DNA of 61,608 nt from a virus (IMGVR_UViG_3300025120_000048:1-61608); one strand, 5' to 3'; counted from the first letter of the stretch, positions 30,079 to 40,032 are shown. The notes: generated by a model from the sequence alone, not told the origin. Translations and numbers: made by a program.

Positions 30079-33000
30079 ATGAATGAAATAGAAGCTATTG
30101 TTCAGCGCATGATTGATGCAGGTGAATCTGAAGAAAATATTGCAGCTGTTATAAAATATTATGAATCCCAAGAATTGGGAAAGCAAACTCCCACAGCACC
30201 GGGTGCGGTTGTGGAGGAAACTGTAGCACCCGTAAGCGCAGATACGGAATTAGTTTCGGAAACCGTTTCTTCGGATTTACCGTCAGCTGAAGTATCTGGT
30301 TTTGAATCTATAAAAAATTCATTATATAATATTGGAACAGACTTTGGAAGAGTTGCTGATTTTTGGACAGGAGATTCAGCTGCTTTAGATATTGCAAGTG
30401 CTGCTATAGCTAACTCTGTTTTTGGTGAAGAAAATGTAGAAGAATTTATTAAAGAAAATAAAGACAATAAATTTATTACAGAAGGATTAGGTACTGAAGA
30501 AATTTTAGAAAAAATACCAGAAAGAGAAAAAGAAAAACAATTACGTAAACCTACTCTTGAAATTATTGAAAGCTTTAAAGAAGGTGAGTTTTTAAAAGGA
30601 GGAGCTGCAATAGCAAGTGCTTTTTTAAATACAGTAGGATCAGCAGCTTATGGTGTTTTAACTGCAGGGGCTGGATATTTCATGGACTATGCAGCAGATA
30701 ATTATATAGAATACAATAAAGGATTAGCTAAAAGAAAAGGAAAATCATTAGAACAACTTATACAAGATGACGAAGCAGATACAGCTAAACCTATGGGTAT
30801 TGCATACTTCCAAGCTTTTGCTGAAAATACTGGTCTTGGTAAAATGATTGCTCCGTTAAAAAAAGAAGCTGCTAAATCAATATCTAAAACTATTATTGGA
30901 AGACAATTTGGTGCTAAAGGATTAGCGGTTTTAGGAGCCGCAAGAGTTGAAGCTGGAACTGAAATGTTCCAATATGGTGCTGAAGAATATAATAAAAAAT
31001 TAGGTGAAACTGGTAGTCAAAAAGAGGCTGCTGGAGAATTTGTTAATGCTGTATTTTCACAACAAGGATTTGAAAGCGGATTACAAGGAGCTTTTGGAGG
31101 TGCAGGTATGAAAGGAGCTAGATTGTTAGCTAGTAGTAATTCAAGACCACCTTCGGACGTTAAAGCAATAAATCAAGAACTTGAAGAACTTACTGTTTTA
31201 AATAAACAATATAATCTTTCAAGATCACCAACAGTAAAAGAAGGTATACAAAATCAAATAGACGAAGTTAAAGCTAAAATAACTACTCGTGTAACAGAAA
31301 ATAATGATAAAATAAATAAACTATCTGATACACAAATTGATGAAATAAATAATTTAGGAGATTTAGCTAATACACAAATTTCAAAAGTTCAAAAGTTAAA
31401 TGAAGAATTTGATGAAGGTAAGATTAATAGAAAACAATATAATACAGCTTTAAAAGGATTTAAAACAGCATATGAAGATTCTCAAAATAGGATTAATAAT
31501 ATTATGCTTGAAAAAAACATTGAAAAAGCAACACAAGCTGTTTCAGAAATATCTGATATAAATGTTGAATCTTTTGAAAATGCTGCAGCTATAAATGAAT
31601 TTTTACAGCAAAACATACCAGGCAAAGTAAGTCAAAAAGCTTCTGAACAGCAAGCATTTATTATACAAAATCGTAATACAGGTAAACAAACTATTGTAAT
31701 AAATAAAGAAATAGCTAAAAAAGACCAAGCAGTTACAGCTCCTTTCCATGAAGTTTTACATGCGTTGCTTTACAAAACCGTTAAAGGTAATCCCGAAGCT
31801 CAGCTTAATTTAGGAAATGCTCTTAGTAAATATTTAAATAAAATTGATGTTAATCAAGTTAAGGATAGTAAATACGCTCAAAGATTAAATCAATATAAAA
31901 ACAAATCTGCTGAAGAACAAGCAGAAGAAGCTATAACTTTATTTTCTGATGCATTAGCTACGGGTGATATTACTTTTAATGAAAATATATTTACTAAAAT
32001 AGGTGATGTAATAAGAAGAACTCTTCAAGCTGCTGGTGTTAAAGTTAAATTTAATACTGGTAGAGATGTATATAATTTTGTTAAGGATTACAATAAAAAT
32101 ATTTCAGAAGGTAAATTAAGTAAATCTCAAATAGCATTAACAGAAACAAAAGCAACAGGTAAGTTAACAGAAACAGAAGCAGAAACTGTTAATGAAATTG
32201 AACCACAAACTGTTAAAGAAGATGAAACAGGTGAACGTGGTCTGTTTGATTTGCTTAAAGCAATAAAAGAAGCTGAAAGTATTGTAAAAGAATCTAAAGC
32301 TGATATTGCATCTGACAAAGTTCAAGAATTATACGATGCAAAAGGTGTAGATAGTGCTCTTGAAATAATTAATTTATTCAAACCTATAACAAATAAAATA
32401 GTACAAAAAAGAAGAGATGCTCCTAATTTTGATAAAGAACTTTTAGAAAGTGAAATTGAAATAGGTCAAAGAGGAATATTAGATTTAATTAGAGCATATA
32501 AACCAGATTCAGGTGTGCCATTAGCCGCTTATATAAACAAATATTTACCAGCTAGAGCTATAGAAGCTTCACGTCGTATATTAGGTGAAAAGTTTACAGA
32601 AGATGTTACAGAAGCTAGAGGTGTTGCAGCAACAGAAGTTACAGATGATATTGTAACACAGTCACAAGATAAAGAATCTAAAGATGCACGTAAAAGTTTA
32701 AGAAGAGAAATAAATTTAAATGAAGCAGCAGTACAGGAAGTACGTGATTCAGTTAAGAAAACATTTGGTACTAAATTACCGCCTGTTGATAGTAAAAAAT
32801 TTAAAGCAGCTTTAACAAAAAGTTTTAGAAATGATTTAACTAAAACATTTAAAAATTTATTAGGTACTGGTGTTGCATATAAGCAATACTTAGATGATAA
32901 TTTTGAAAAAATATTTAAAGCTATTCCTCAACAAACACTTAATAAAAAGTTTTCTGGTTTATTTACTGAAGAAGTTATAAATGAAGAAGGTAAACAATTA

Positions 33001-36000
33001 AGAGAAAAAACACAAATAGGTAAAAAAGTATTTAAACCAAAATCTGAAATAACTAAACAAGAGTTTATTGATTACTTTACTGGGCCTAGCGTATATGCTA
33101 ATTTAGCAAACTCACGTAAAACATCGTTATCACAATTACTTGCAGATGAAATAGCTTTAGATGCTACAATGGAGGTTATACAAAAACCTGAAGTTGCAGA
33201 AAAAAGAGAATTTTTAGATAAAGAACAAAAAACTGAAGAAGTTAGTAGAATTATTGATAGACCAATAGATTTTAAATTTTCTAAATCATTAAATAATGGC
33301 CTTAGTATTATTGGTAATCATGATTCATTATTGTCTATTAAATATTCTAAAACTTCTAGAAAAAATTACGAAAATATATTAAAAGCTAAAAGACCAGAAT
33401 TAAAAGATATACCTAAACAAGTTGATAATTTATTTGATTGGGTTAATAAACTAGATGTACCCAAAAACAAAAAAAGTAAATATGAAAAACTAGCTTTATT
33501 TTACATGGGTAATGGTTATTTAATTTTACCTGAAGATGGATATAAAGTTGAAGATGCTATTAAAATTGCTGCTAATAAAAAATTAGATCCTTTTAGTTTT
33601 AAAAATCCTAATGAATTATTAGAAAAGTTTTCAGGAGTAATTAAACCTAAAAGAATTAATCCAGATAAATTTTTAAACAAAACTTTTTTAGATAAAAGAA
33701 GATTTAAAGATGGAATAGATGTTTATGAAGTTATAAATACTAAACAAGCTCAACTAGATGTTAGAAAAATAATTGATTCTAATTGGGGTGAAAAAGCTAA
33801 TCCTTGGTGTATTGCTGCTAGTATAGATGGAAATTTAGATGAAGCATTTAAGTATTGGAAAAGCTATGGAAGTGGTAAAGAAATAGCTTTTAAAGATGGT
33901 AAGCTATTAGCTTTTAAGGCTAATAATCAATGGTGGGACCGCATGGACCAACCAACAGATAATTTAATTTATAAATTACCAAAAAACAAACAAGGACTTA
34001 GGGAAATTAGATCATTAGATACTGATTCACTTGTTTTAAATTCATCACTAAATAACGCAAATAATGTTAATAGTAAGTTTGAAGGTTATATAAAAGGTTC
34101 AAAAGAATCAAATAATTATGAATTATATAATAAAAATAAAGAACTTACTACATTTTATAAATATGCTTCTGATAAACAAGAAATATTTAACAATAATATA
34201 AAAAACGGATTATATCAAAAGTGGCTTGATGAAGATGAAAATGCTAAATTTGATATGACATTTTATAAAATAGTTCCAAATGGAATTGCTGAAATGGATA
34301 TTGAAGATTATTATCCGGATCCAAATTCAGAATTTAATTCAATACTCCCTTGGGAAATAGTATCAAAAACAAATTTTTTAAAATCACAAAAAGAGGTAAC
34401 ATCAAATAGAGCAGTAGATAAATATATAAATAAAGGTACACACACATTTAAAAGTGGTAAAAACATATATAAAGTTTTTATAGATAGCAAAAACAAATTA
34501 ATAATTAGAGAATTTAATGGAGTAAAATTTATTTTAGGTCAAGATTTAATGCAAGACGCACTTCGCAAAGCTGAATTTAATATAGAAAATTTTAAAGCTT
34601 TAAAAAATGGAGAAGAAGTTAAAAATCCTTTTAATTTTAATTCGAATTCTGCTAATATTCCATTAGAAATAAGACAATTAATAGCAGATAGTGCTTTTCT
34701 TATTGATTCAAAAGGACAACCTATAGTAAATCAAAGTAAACTTAAAAGTTACACAATAAAAAGTGCAAATACAATTAAATTTTCTAAATCACTTTCAGAA
34801 GATTTTAATAAAATACTTGAAGACAAAACAGGTATTTCTGCAGATAAAGTATATGATCAAGCAACAGCTAATGCGGCTGGTGCGAAAAAAGGAAGATTTA
34901 AATTTTTTATCCCACCTTCTGCTGAAGATTTTGTTGGTTTATTATATGCTACTCTAGGAAAAGGTAAAAAAGGTGATAAACAAATGGATTTTTATAAAAA
35001 ATCTTTATTAAATCCTTATGCTAAAGCAATGGGAGAAATAGCTAAAGAGCGTGTTGCGTTAACCGCTAGATATAAAGCTATTGCTAAAACATTTAAAATA
35101 GCTCCTAAAAATTTACGTAAAAAAATTGAAGGTGAAGAATTTACTAGAGAACAAGCTGTCCGTGTATATATGTGGAATAAAGATGGCATTGAAATACCCG
35201 GTTTAGAATTAAAAAATGCTGATAAACTAATTAAATACGTTGAAAAAAACAAAAAATTAAAAGATTTTGGAGATCAATTATTAGCTATGCAACCAGATGG
35301 ATTAGCAACACCAACAGCTGGTTGGACTTCTGGTTCAATTGACCAGGATATATTAGCTTCATTAAATACAATCAAAAGAAAACAATATTTAGAAGATTGG
35401 CAAAGTAATGTTGATGCTATTTTTAGTAATGAAAATTTAAATAAACTTCAAGCAATTTATGGTAAACCATATAGAATTGCATTAGAAAACATACTTAAAC
35501 GTATGGAAACTGGTCGTAATAGATCTTATGGTGGAGATGCTCTTACTACTAGACTTACTAATTGGATTTCAAATTCTGTAGGTGCTATTATGTTTTTTAA
35601 TACAAGATCAGCTGTACTTCAAACAATATCATCAATTAACTTTATTAATTGGTCTGATAATAATTTATTAGCTGCAGCAAGTGCATTTGCTAATCAAAAA
35701 CAATATTGGTCTGATTTTGCAAAACTAATGAATTCTGACTTTTTAAAAGACAGAAGAGGCGGTTTAAAAATAAATGTAAATGAAACTGATATTGCTGAAA
35801 TGGCTGCAAATGATTCAAATAAAGCTAGAGGAGTTATAAGTGGTTTACTTAAATTAGGATTTTTGCCTACACAAATTGCAGATAGTTTTGCTATTGCATC
35901 AGGTGGTTCAACATTCTATAGAAATAGAATTAAATCATTAATGAAAGAAGGCATGCCAAAAGCTGAAGCAGAAAAACAAGCGATGATTGATTTTAGTGAA

Positions 36001-36798
36001 GCAGCTGAAGAATCACAACAATCAAGTAGGCCTGATAGAATTAGTCAGCAACAAGCGGGTCCATTAGGACGCATGATACTAGCTTTTGCAAACACACCTG
36101 CTCAGTATGCTAGATTAACTAAAAAAGCTATTTTGGATCTTAAAAATAGACGTGGTGATGCTAAAGCTAATATTTCAAAGATAATTTATTACGGAGTAGC
36201 ACAAAATATCATATTTACAGCATTACAGCAAGCTTTATTTGCAACATTGTTTGATGATGAAGAAGAAGAAAAAGAATCTGATAAATATATAAAAGGTGCT
36301 AATAGCATGCTTGATAGTTTTTTAAGAGGTATTGGATTTGCCGGAGCAGCAGTTTCTGTTGTAAAAAATATAGGATTAAAAATTGTAGAGCAATCTAAAA
36401 AGAAAAGCCCTAAATATGAAGATGCGGCATTAAAATTATTAGATATATCACCACCTATATCCTCTAAAATTTCTAAACTGCGATCTGCGGGTAGAATTTA
36501 TTCATGGAATAAAAAAGAAATAAATGAAAAAGGATTAAGTTTTGATAATCCAGCTAATGAAGCTATAGGTAAATTAACATCAGCATTTATTAATTTACCA
36601 CTTGATAGAGCTATACAAAAAGCAGATAACATACAAAATGCTTTAGCAGAAGAAACAGATACATGGCAAAGAATTGCACTATTAGCTGGTTGGAAAGATT
36701 GGGAATTAGGAATGCAAGAAAAAAAGAAAAAGAAATCTAAAGGAACAAGAAGCAGAACACGTACACGAACAAGAACTAGAACAAGAAAAAGAAATTAA
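30079..36798 (+). CDS. Giant multi-domain putative ejection (polyvalent) protein with zincin and sigma region-2-like modules
   Basis: 2239 aa; HEVLH at 31747-31761; sigma2-like segment 32365-32577; PWCI..QWWD module; helical Gly/Ala-rich ends; (RT)n tail. Confidence 0.7.
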   Translation: MNEIEAIVQRMIDAGESEENIAAVIKYYESQELGKQTPTAPGAVVEETVAPVSADTELVSETVSSDLPSAEVSGFESIKNSLYNIGTDFGRVADFWTGDSAALDIASAAIANSVFGEENVEEFIKENKDNKFITEGLGTEEILEKIPEREKEKQLRKPTLEIIESFKEGEFLKGGAAIASAFLNTVGSAAYGVLTAGAGYFMDYAADNYIEYNKGLAKRKGKSLEQLIQDDEADTAKPMGIAYFQAFAENTGLGKMIAPLKKEAAKSISKTIIGRQFGAKGLAVLGAARVEAGTEMFQYGAEEYNKKLGETGSQKEAAGEFVNAVFSQQGFESGLQGAFGGAGMKGARLLASSNSRPPSDVKAINQELEELTVLNKQYNLSRSPTVKEGIQNQIDEVKAKITTRVTENNDKINKLSDTQIDEINNLGDLANTQISKVQKLNEEFDEGKINRKQYNTALKGFKTAYEDSQNRINNIMLEKNIEKATQAVSEISDINVESFENAAAINEFLQQNIPGKVSQKASEQQAFIIQNRNTGKQTIVINKEIAKKDQAVTAPFHEVLHALLYKTVKGNPEAQLNLGNALSKYLNKIDVNQVKDSKYAQRLNQYKNKSAEEQAEEAITLFSDALATGDITFNENIFTKIGDVIRRTLQAAGVKVKFNTGRDVYNFVKDYNKNISEGKLSKSQIALTETKATGKLTETEAETVNEIEPQTVKEDETGERGLFDLLKAIKEAESIVKESKADIASDKVQELYDAKGVDSALEIINLFKPITNKIVQKRRDAPNFDKELLESEIEIGQRGILDLIRAYKPDSGVPLAAYINKYLPARAIEASRRILGEKFTEDVTEARGVAATEVTDDIVTQSQDKESKDARKSLRREINLNEAAVQEVRDSVKKTFGTKLPPVDSKKFKAALTKSFRNDLTKTFKNLLGTGVAYKQYLDDNFEKIFKAIPQQTLNKKFSGLFTEEVINEEGKQLREKTQIGKKVFKPKSEITKQEFIDYFTGPSVYANLANSRKTSLSQLLADEIALDATMEVIQKPEVAEKREFLDKEQKTEEVSRIIDRPIDFKFSKSLNNGLSIIGNHDSLLSIKYSKTSRKNYENILKAKRPELKDIPKQVDNLFDWVNKLDVPKNKKSKYEKLALFYMGNGYLILPEDGYKVEDAIKIAANKKLDPFSFKNPNELLEKFSGVIKPKRINPDKFLNKTFLDKRRFKDGIDVYEVINTKQAQLDVRKIIDSNWGEKANPWCIAASIDGNLDEAFKYWKSYGSGKEIAFKDGKLLAFKANNQWWDRMDQPTDNLIYKLPKNKQGLREIRSLDTDSLVLNSSLNNANNVNSKFEGYIKGSKESNNYELYNKNKELTTFYKYASDKQEIFNNNIKNGLYQKWLDEDENAKFDMTFYKIVPNGIAEMDIEDYYPDPNSEFNSILPWEIVSKTNFLKSQKEVTSNRAVDKYINKGTHTFKSGKNIYKVFIDSKNKLIIREFNGVKFILGQDLMQDALRKAEFNIENFKALKNGEEVKNPFNFNSNSANIPLEIRQLIADSAFLIDSKGQPIVNQSKLKSYTIKSANTIKFSKSLSEDFNKILEDKTGISADKVYDQATANAAGAKKGRFKFFIPPSAEDFVGLLYATLGKGKKGDKQMDFYKKSLLNPYAKAMGEIAKERVALTARYKAIAKTFKIAPKNLRKKIEGEEFTREQAVRVYMWNKDGIEIPGLELKNADKLIKYVEKNKKLKDFGDQLLAMQPDGLATPTAGWTSGSIDQDILASLNTIKRKQYLEDWQSNVDAIFSNENLNKLQAIYGKPYRIALENILKRMETGRNRSYGGDALTTRLTNWISNSVGAIMFFNTRSAVLQTISSINFINWSDNNLLAAASAFANQKQYWSDFAKLMNSDFLKDRRGGLKINVNETDIAEMAANDSNKARGVISGLLKLGFLPTQIADSFAIASGGSTFYRNRIKSLMKEGMPKAEAEKQAMIDFSEAAEESQQSSRPDRISQQQAGPLGRMILAFANTPAQYARLTKKAILDLKNRRGDAKANISKIIYYGVAQNIIFTALQQALFATLFDDEEEEKESDKYIKGANSMLDSFLRGIGFAGAAVSVVKNIGLKIVEQSKKKSPKYEDAALKLLDISPPISSKISKLRSAGRIYSWNKKEINEKGLSFDNPANEAIGKLTSAFINLPLDRAIQKADNIQNALAEETDTWQRIALLAGWKDWELGMQEKKKKKSKGTRSRTRTRTRTRTRKRN

Positions 36799-36800
36799 TT

Positions 36801-36977
36801 ATGACATATTTAATAATAATACTTACTATTTTAACATTACTTTTATTAATTACAATAGGATACCATTCTAGAAAAATTAAAGATAGTAATAGAAATTTTA
36901 TTCCAGATTTTATTGACAAAATAATTACTAAAATAAAAAGAGTGTTTAACTATATTAAAAAAACGTTTTTAAAATGA
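36801..36977 (+). CDS. 58-aa membrane protein
   Basis: Manual translation MTYLIIILTILTLLLLITIG...DSNRNFIPD...; N-terminal TM; ATGA-coupled to the next gene. Confidence 0.55.
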   Translation: MTYLIIILTILTLLLLITIGYHSRKIKDSNRNFIPDFIDKIITKIKRVFNYIKKTFLK

Positions 36978-37321
36978 GTTCAAGAGGAGCAAAAGATTTA
37001 AGACATTATGCTGGTGCAGCGGGAATATTTTTATTAATTATATTCTTATTATTATTTTTATCATTTAATCAAATACCACCAGTTAACAAAGATGTATTTG
37101 TAAGTATCGTGGGAATGATGGTGGGTTCAATGTCTGTGGTTATATATACAATCATAGGTAAAAATCCCGAAGAGGTTGAACAATTAAAAAATAAAAATGA
37201 ATCATTACAAGCTACCGCGGATCAAATGGAAAAAAGAAATGATCAATTAGAAGCAATGATTATTAAAATTCAAGACGATATTATTAAAAAATTAACTTGT
37301 GAAAGCTGTGAAAAGAAATAA
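36974..37321 (+). CDS. Two-TM plus coiled-coil membrane protein (lysis-related?)
   Basis: Two hydrophobic segments, coiled coil, terminal CxxC. Confidence 0.6.
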   Translation: MSSRGAKDLRHYAGAAGIFLLIIFLLLFLSFNQIPPVNKDVFVSIVGMMVGSMSVVIYTIIGKNPEEVEQLKNKNESLQATADQMEKRNDQLEAMIIKIQDDIIKKLTCESCEKK

Positions 37322-37466
37322 ACTACCCCTGTCAGTATTAGGGTCACCCCTTGCAAAAAAGGATAATTGCTATAGAAAAGCAAAAGCAAAATACAGAGTA
37401 TTCCCGTCTGCTTATGCATCGGGTTATATTGCTAAATGCCGTAAACGAGGCGGAAATATAAAATAA
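37308..37466 (+). CDS. Small basic conserved phage protein (PSAYASG type)
   Basis: GTG start; ...GSPLAKKDNCYRKAKAKYRVFPSAYASGYIAKCRKRGG. Confidence 0.65.
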   Translation: MKRNKLPLSVLGSPLAKKDNCYRKAKAKYRVFPSAYASGYIAKCRKRGGNIK

Positions 37467-37468
37467 TT

Positions 37469-37588
37469 ATGAAAAAAACAACCTTACAACAAATATCAAG
37501 AGAGCTAAAAAAAGCTTCAGCTATGCACAAAGGCCAGGCTTTAAAAATAGATAAAATGCTTAAGACATTATCTAAAGAAAAAAAATAA
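37469..37588 (+). CDS. 39-aa basic protein
   Basis: MKKTTLQQISRELKKASAMHKGQALKIDKMLKTLSKEKK; TAATG-coupled to the next gene. Confidence 0.55.
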   Translation: MKKTTLQQISRELKKASAMHKGQALKIDKMLKTLSKEKK

Positions 37589-37869
37589 TGGCTGTAAAGA
37601 AAACAAAAAAAGGTGCTAATCTTAAACGATGGTTTAAAGAAGAGTGGGTAGATGTACGCACTGGTAAACCGTGTGGAAGATCTAAAGGTGAAAAAAGAGG
37701 TGTGCCTTATTGTAGACCTAAAAAAAGAGTATCATCTGCTACACCTAAAACAGCATCAGAAATGTCAGCTGCACAAAAAAAGAAAAAAATAGCAGAAAAA
37801 AAACGATTAGGACAACCAGCTGGTAAACCTAGAAGAGTTAAATCGTTAAAAAGGAACAAAAAAAAATGA
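37588..37869 (+). CDS. Basic conserved phage protein (LKRWFKEEW type)
   Basis: LKRWFKEEWVD...PCGR...YCRP..RVS..TPKT. Confidence 0.7.
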   Translation: MAVKKTKKGANLKRWFKEEWVDVRTGKPCGRSKGEKRGVPYCRPKKRVSSATPKTASEMSAAQKKKKIAEKKRLGQPAGKPRRVKSLKRNKKK

Positions 37870-37889
37870 GCACCACACTCAAAGTTCCT

Positions 37890-37934
37890 ATAACTAGATT
37901 GGGAGGTATGGATAAAACCTCCCTTTCCAGTTAT
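37890..37934. terminator. Hairpin at the convergence of the two transcription arms
   Basis: ATAACT..GGGAGGT...ACCTCCC..AGTTAT inverted repeat between convergent stops. Confidence 0.6.
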
Positions 37935-37936
37935 GT

Positions 37937-39682
37937 CTATCCATCACAGGATAAACAATCGGGATCCATAGCTTTAGCAGCTATATCTCCTCTAAGTACT
38001 GATTCAGTACGCATATAATATAAAGTTTTAATTCCTTTTTTCCATGCTTCCAAATGTATTTTATTAATCCATTTTGGTTCAGCTACAGAAGGAAAAGCTA
38101 AATTTAAACTTACTGATTGATCTATATAATCTTGACGTATACCAGCTTGACTAACTAATTCAAGTTGATTAATTTCTTTAAATGTTTTAAATACATTTTT
38201 TACAGGCTCACCATCTTCTTCGGTAAGTCTTCCAAGGTGATCGTAAAACCATCCATCGAGTTCTTTAATGTCTTGTACGGATCCGCCATCTTCAAGAATC
38301 TTATCCCAAGTTTCTTTAACATCAATTCCAATTTTTCTAAATAATTTTTTAAGTTCATTGTTTTTTCTTATGAATGTACCTTTAGCTGATTGTTCTGTAA
38401 ATACATTAGCAGCCCAAGGTTCAATTCCTGGTGATATATTACCACTAAGTTTACTATTAGATACTGTTGGGGCTACAGCTCTTAAATGAGTATTACGCAT
38501 TTCAGTTCCTGCACACCATAATGGTTCGCCATATACTTCAGCAAGCTTACGTGAAGCTCTTTCTGTTTCAATTTTAATTTTACTAAATATTTCTCTTGTT
38601 TTAAATTGAGCTAATAAACTTTCAAATGCAATACCTTTTTGTTGTAATAATGTATGCCATCCTAATACGCCTAAGCCTAACGCCCTACCTTTACTTGCAG
38701 ATCTTACAGCATTATCAAAACCTCTCATATTTTTAGCACGTTGAATAAACTCTTCCATAACGCCATCTAAAAACCATGTAGCATCATATACTAAGTTTGT
38801 GTTTTTCCATTCATCGTATTTAGCTAAATTTAATGAAGATAAACAGCAAACAAAAGAATGAGATTCATCTGTATGTAATGTTATTTCAGAACATATATTT
38901 GTCATATGAACTTTGAGCCCATTTGATTTATACGCTTTTGGGTTACTCTTGTTTGTATTTCCCTTAAAGAGAATATAAGGCTCTCCAGTTGCTTTACGTT
39001 TTTGTAATAATTTTGCCCATTTTTGTCTAGATTCTGGATCTCCTTGCTCAAGTCTTCGCATAAACTTGTCACCGACCACAGCGCACTGGTGTAAATTAAG
39101 TGATTGTCTGTTAACATCTCCTTTTGGTTCTCTGATCTCCAACCATTCTTCAAAGTCGGGGTGATCAATATTGATGTTAACTGATGCAGCTCCTCTGCGG
39201 ACAGATCCTTGATTAGTGGCAAGTATAGTTGAATCGTATATCTTGCAAAATGGCACCACTCCATCAGACGTTCCATTACCTGTAATTTTAGCACCGGCAG
39301 GACGAATCATATTTATTCCGATACCTACACCCCCACCGTGTTTTGCAAGTAACATCATTTCTAAATTTTTTTGACCTATGTCTGCAATTGAATCCGCAAC
39401 ATCAATCCCAAAACAACTAATAGGTAAACCTCGATCTGTACCTGTATTTGACAGCACAGGTGAAGCTAAACATAACCAACCTTTCCATATATAATCAAAA
39501 AACTTTTCAGCAAGCTCAGGTTTGTATAAACGCCTAGCAACAGCTTTACTTACTCTTTCATAAGCATCTTTTGGTGATTCATCTAATACTAAATAACCAC
39601 CACTTATAGTTTTTTTATATACTTCAGTATCTCCCCATGAAGGATAATCAACACCTTTTTTCCAGTTATTATTCCAAGCCAT
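37937..39682 (-). CDS. nrdA: Ribonucleotide reductase class I alpha subunit (short, no ATP cone)
   Basis: PISCF, GGGVG, QGSVRRGA, TNICSEI, APTVS, KTLYY, C-terminal CLSC. Confidence 0.93.
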   Translation of the reverse strand: MAWNNNWKKGVDYPSWGDTEVYKKTISGGYLVLDESPKDAYERVSKAVARRLYKPELAEKFFDYIWKGWLCLASPVLSNTGTDRGLPISCFGIDVADSIADIGQKNLEMMLLAKHGGGVGIGINMIRPAGAKITGNGTSDGVVPFCKIYDSTILATNQGSVRRGAASVNINIDHPDFEEWLEIREPKGDVNRQSLNLHQCAVVGDKFMRRLEQGDPESRQKWAKLLQKRKATGEPYILFKGNTNKSNPKAYKSNGLKVHMTNICSEITLHTDESHSFVCCLSSLNLAKYDEWKNTNLVYDATWFLDGVMEEFIQRAKNMRGFDNAVRSASKGRALGLGVLGWHTLLQQKGIAFESLLAQFKTREIFSKIKIETERASRKLAEVYGEPLWCAGTEMRNTHLRAVAPTVSNSKLSGNISPGIEPWAANVFTEQSAKGTFIRKNNELKKLFRKIGIDVKETWDKILEDGGSVQDIKELDGWFYDHLGRLTEEDGEPVKNVFKTFKEINQLELVSQAGIRQDYIDQSVSLNLAFPSVAEPKWINKIHLEAWKKGIKTLYYMRTESVLRGDIAAKAMDPDCLSCDG

Positions 39683-39908
39683 CAAGATCTAATTTTTTTT
39701 CATTAGCTTTTGATTTTTCTTTTTCATCAATGTCTTTCATTTTTTTTACAATTTTTTGCCATTCATCTTCTCCCATAAATAATTGTAACGCAGTTATAGT
39801 ACCGCGAGATAAGCTATCAAGCTTAACAAAGTCATTAATTATTTGTTGCATTACTTTAGTTAATGATGCAATTTTATTTTGCATTTCAATTAAATTCTTT
39901 TCTTTCAT
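39669..39908 (-). CDS. Hypothetical protein
   Basis: ORF inside the nrd operon overlapping its neighbours. Confidence 0.6.
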   Translation of the reverse strand: MKEKNLIEMQNKIASLTKVMQQIINDFVKLDSLSRGTITALQLFMGEDEWQKIVKKMKDIDEKEKSKANEKKLDLDGLE

Positions 39909-40032
39909 TTTTTTTAATTTGATTTAATGCTTGTTGTAAATGTTCTTTTTCCCAATGCATTCTATACTCAAAACCCCCGGAAAATGTTTTATTACATTGG
40001 CTACATTTAATTATTTTAGTCTTTTGGTTCAT
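39886..40032 (-). CDS. 48-aa C2H2 zinc-finger microprotein
   Basis: Manual translation MNQKTKIIKCSQCNKTFSGGFEYRMHWEKEHLQQ...; TAATG-coupled to the nrdB stop. Confidence 0.6.
   Translation of the reverse strand: MNQKTKIIKCSQCNKTFSGGFEYRMHWEKEHLQQALNQIKKNERKEFN

Noticed and set aside
30079-36798. Giant protein as a crAss/N4-type virion RNA polymerase
   Set aside because: Size and position fit, but I could not find a DxDxD catalytic motif; a structure search is needed to exclude it fully
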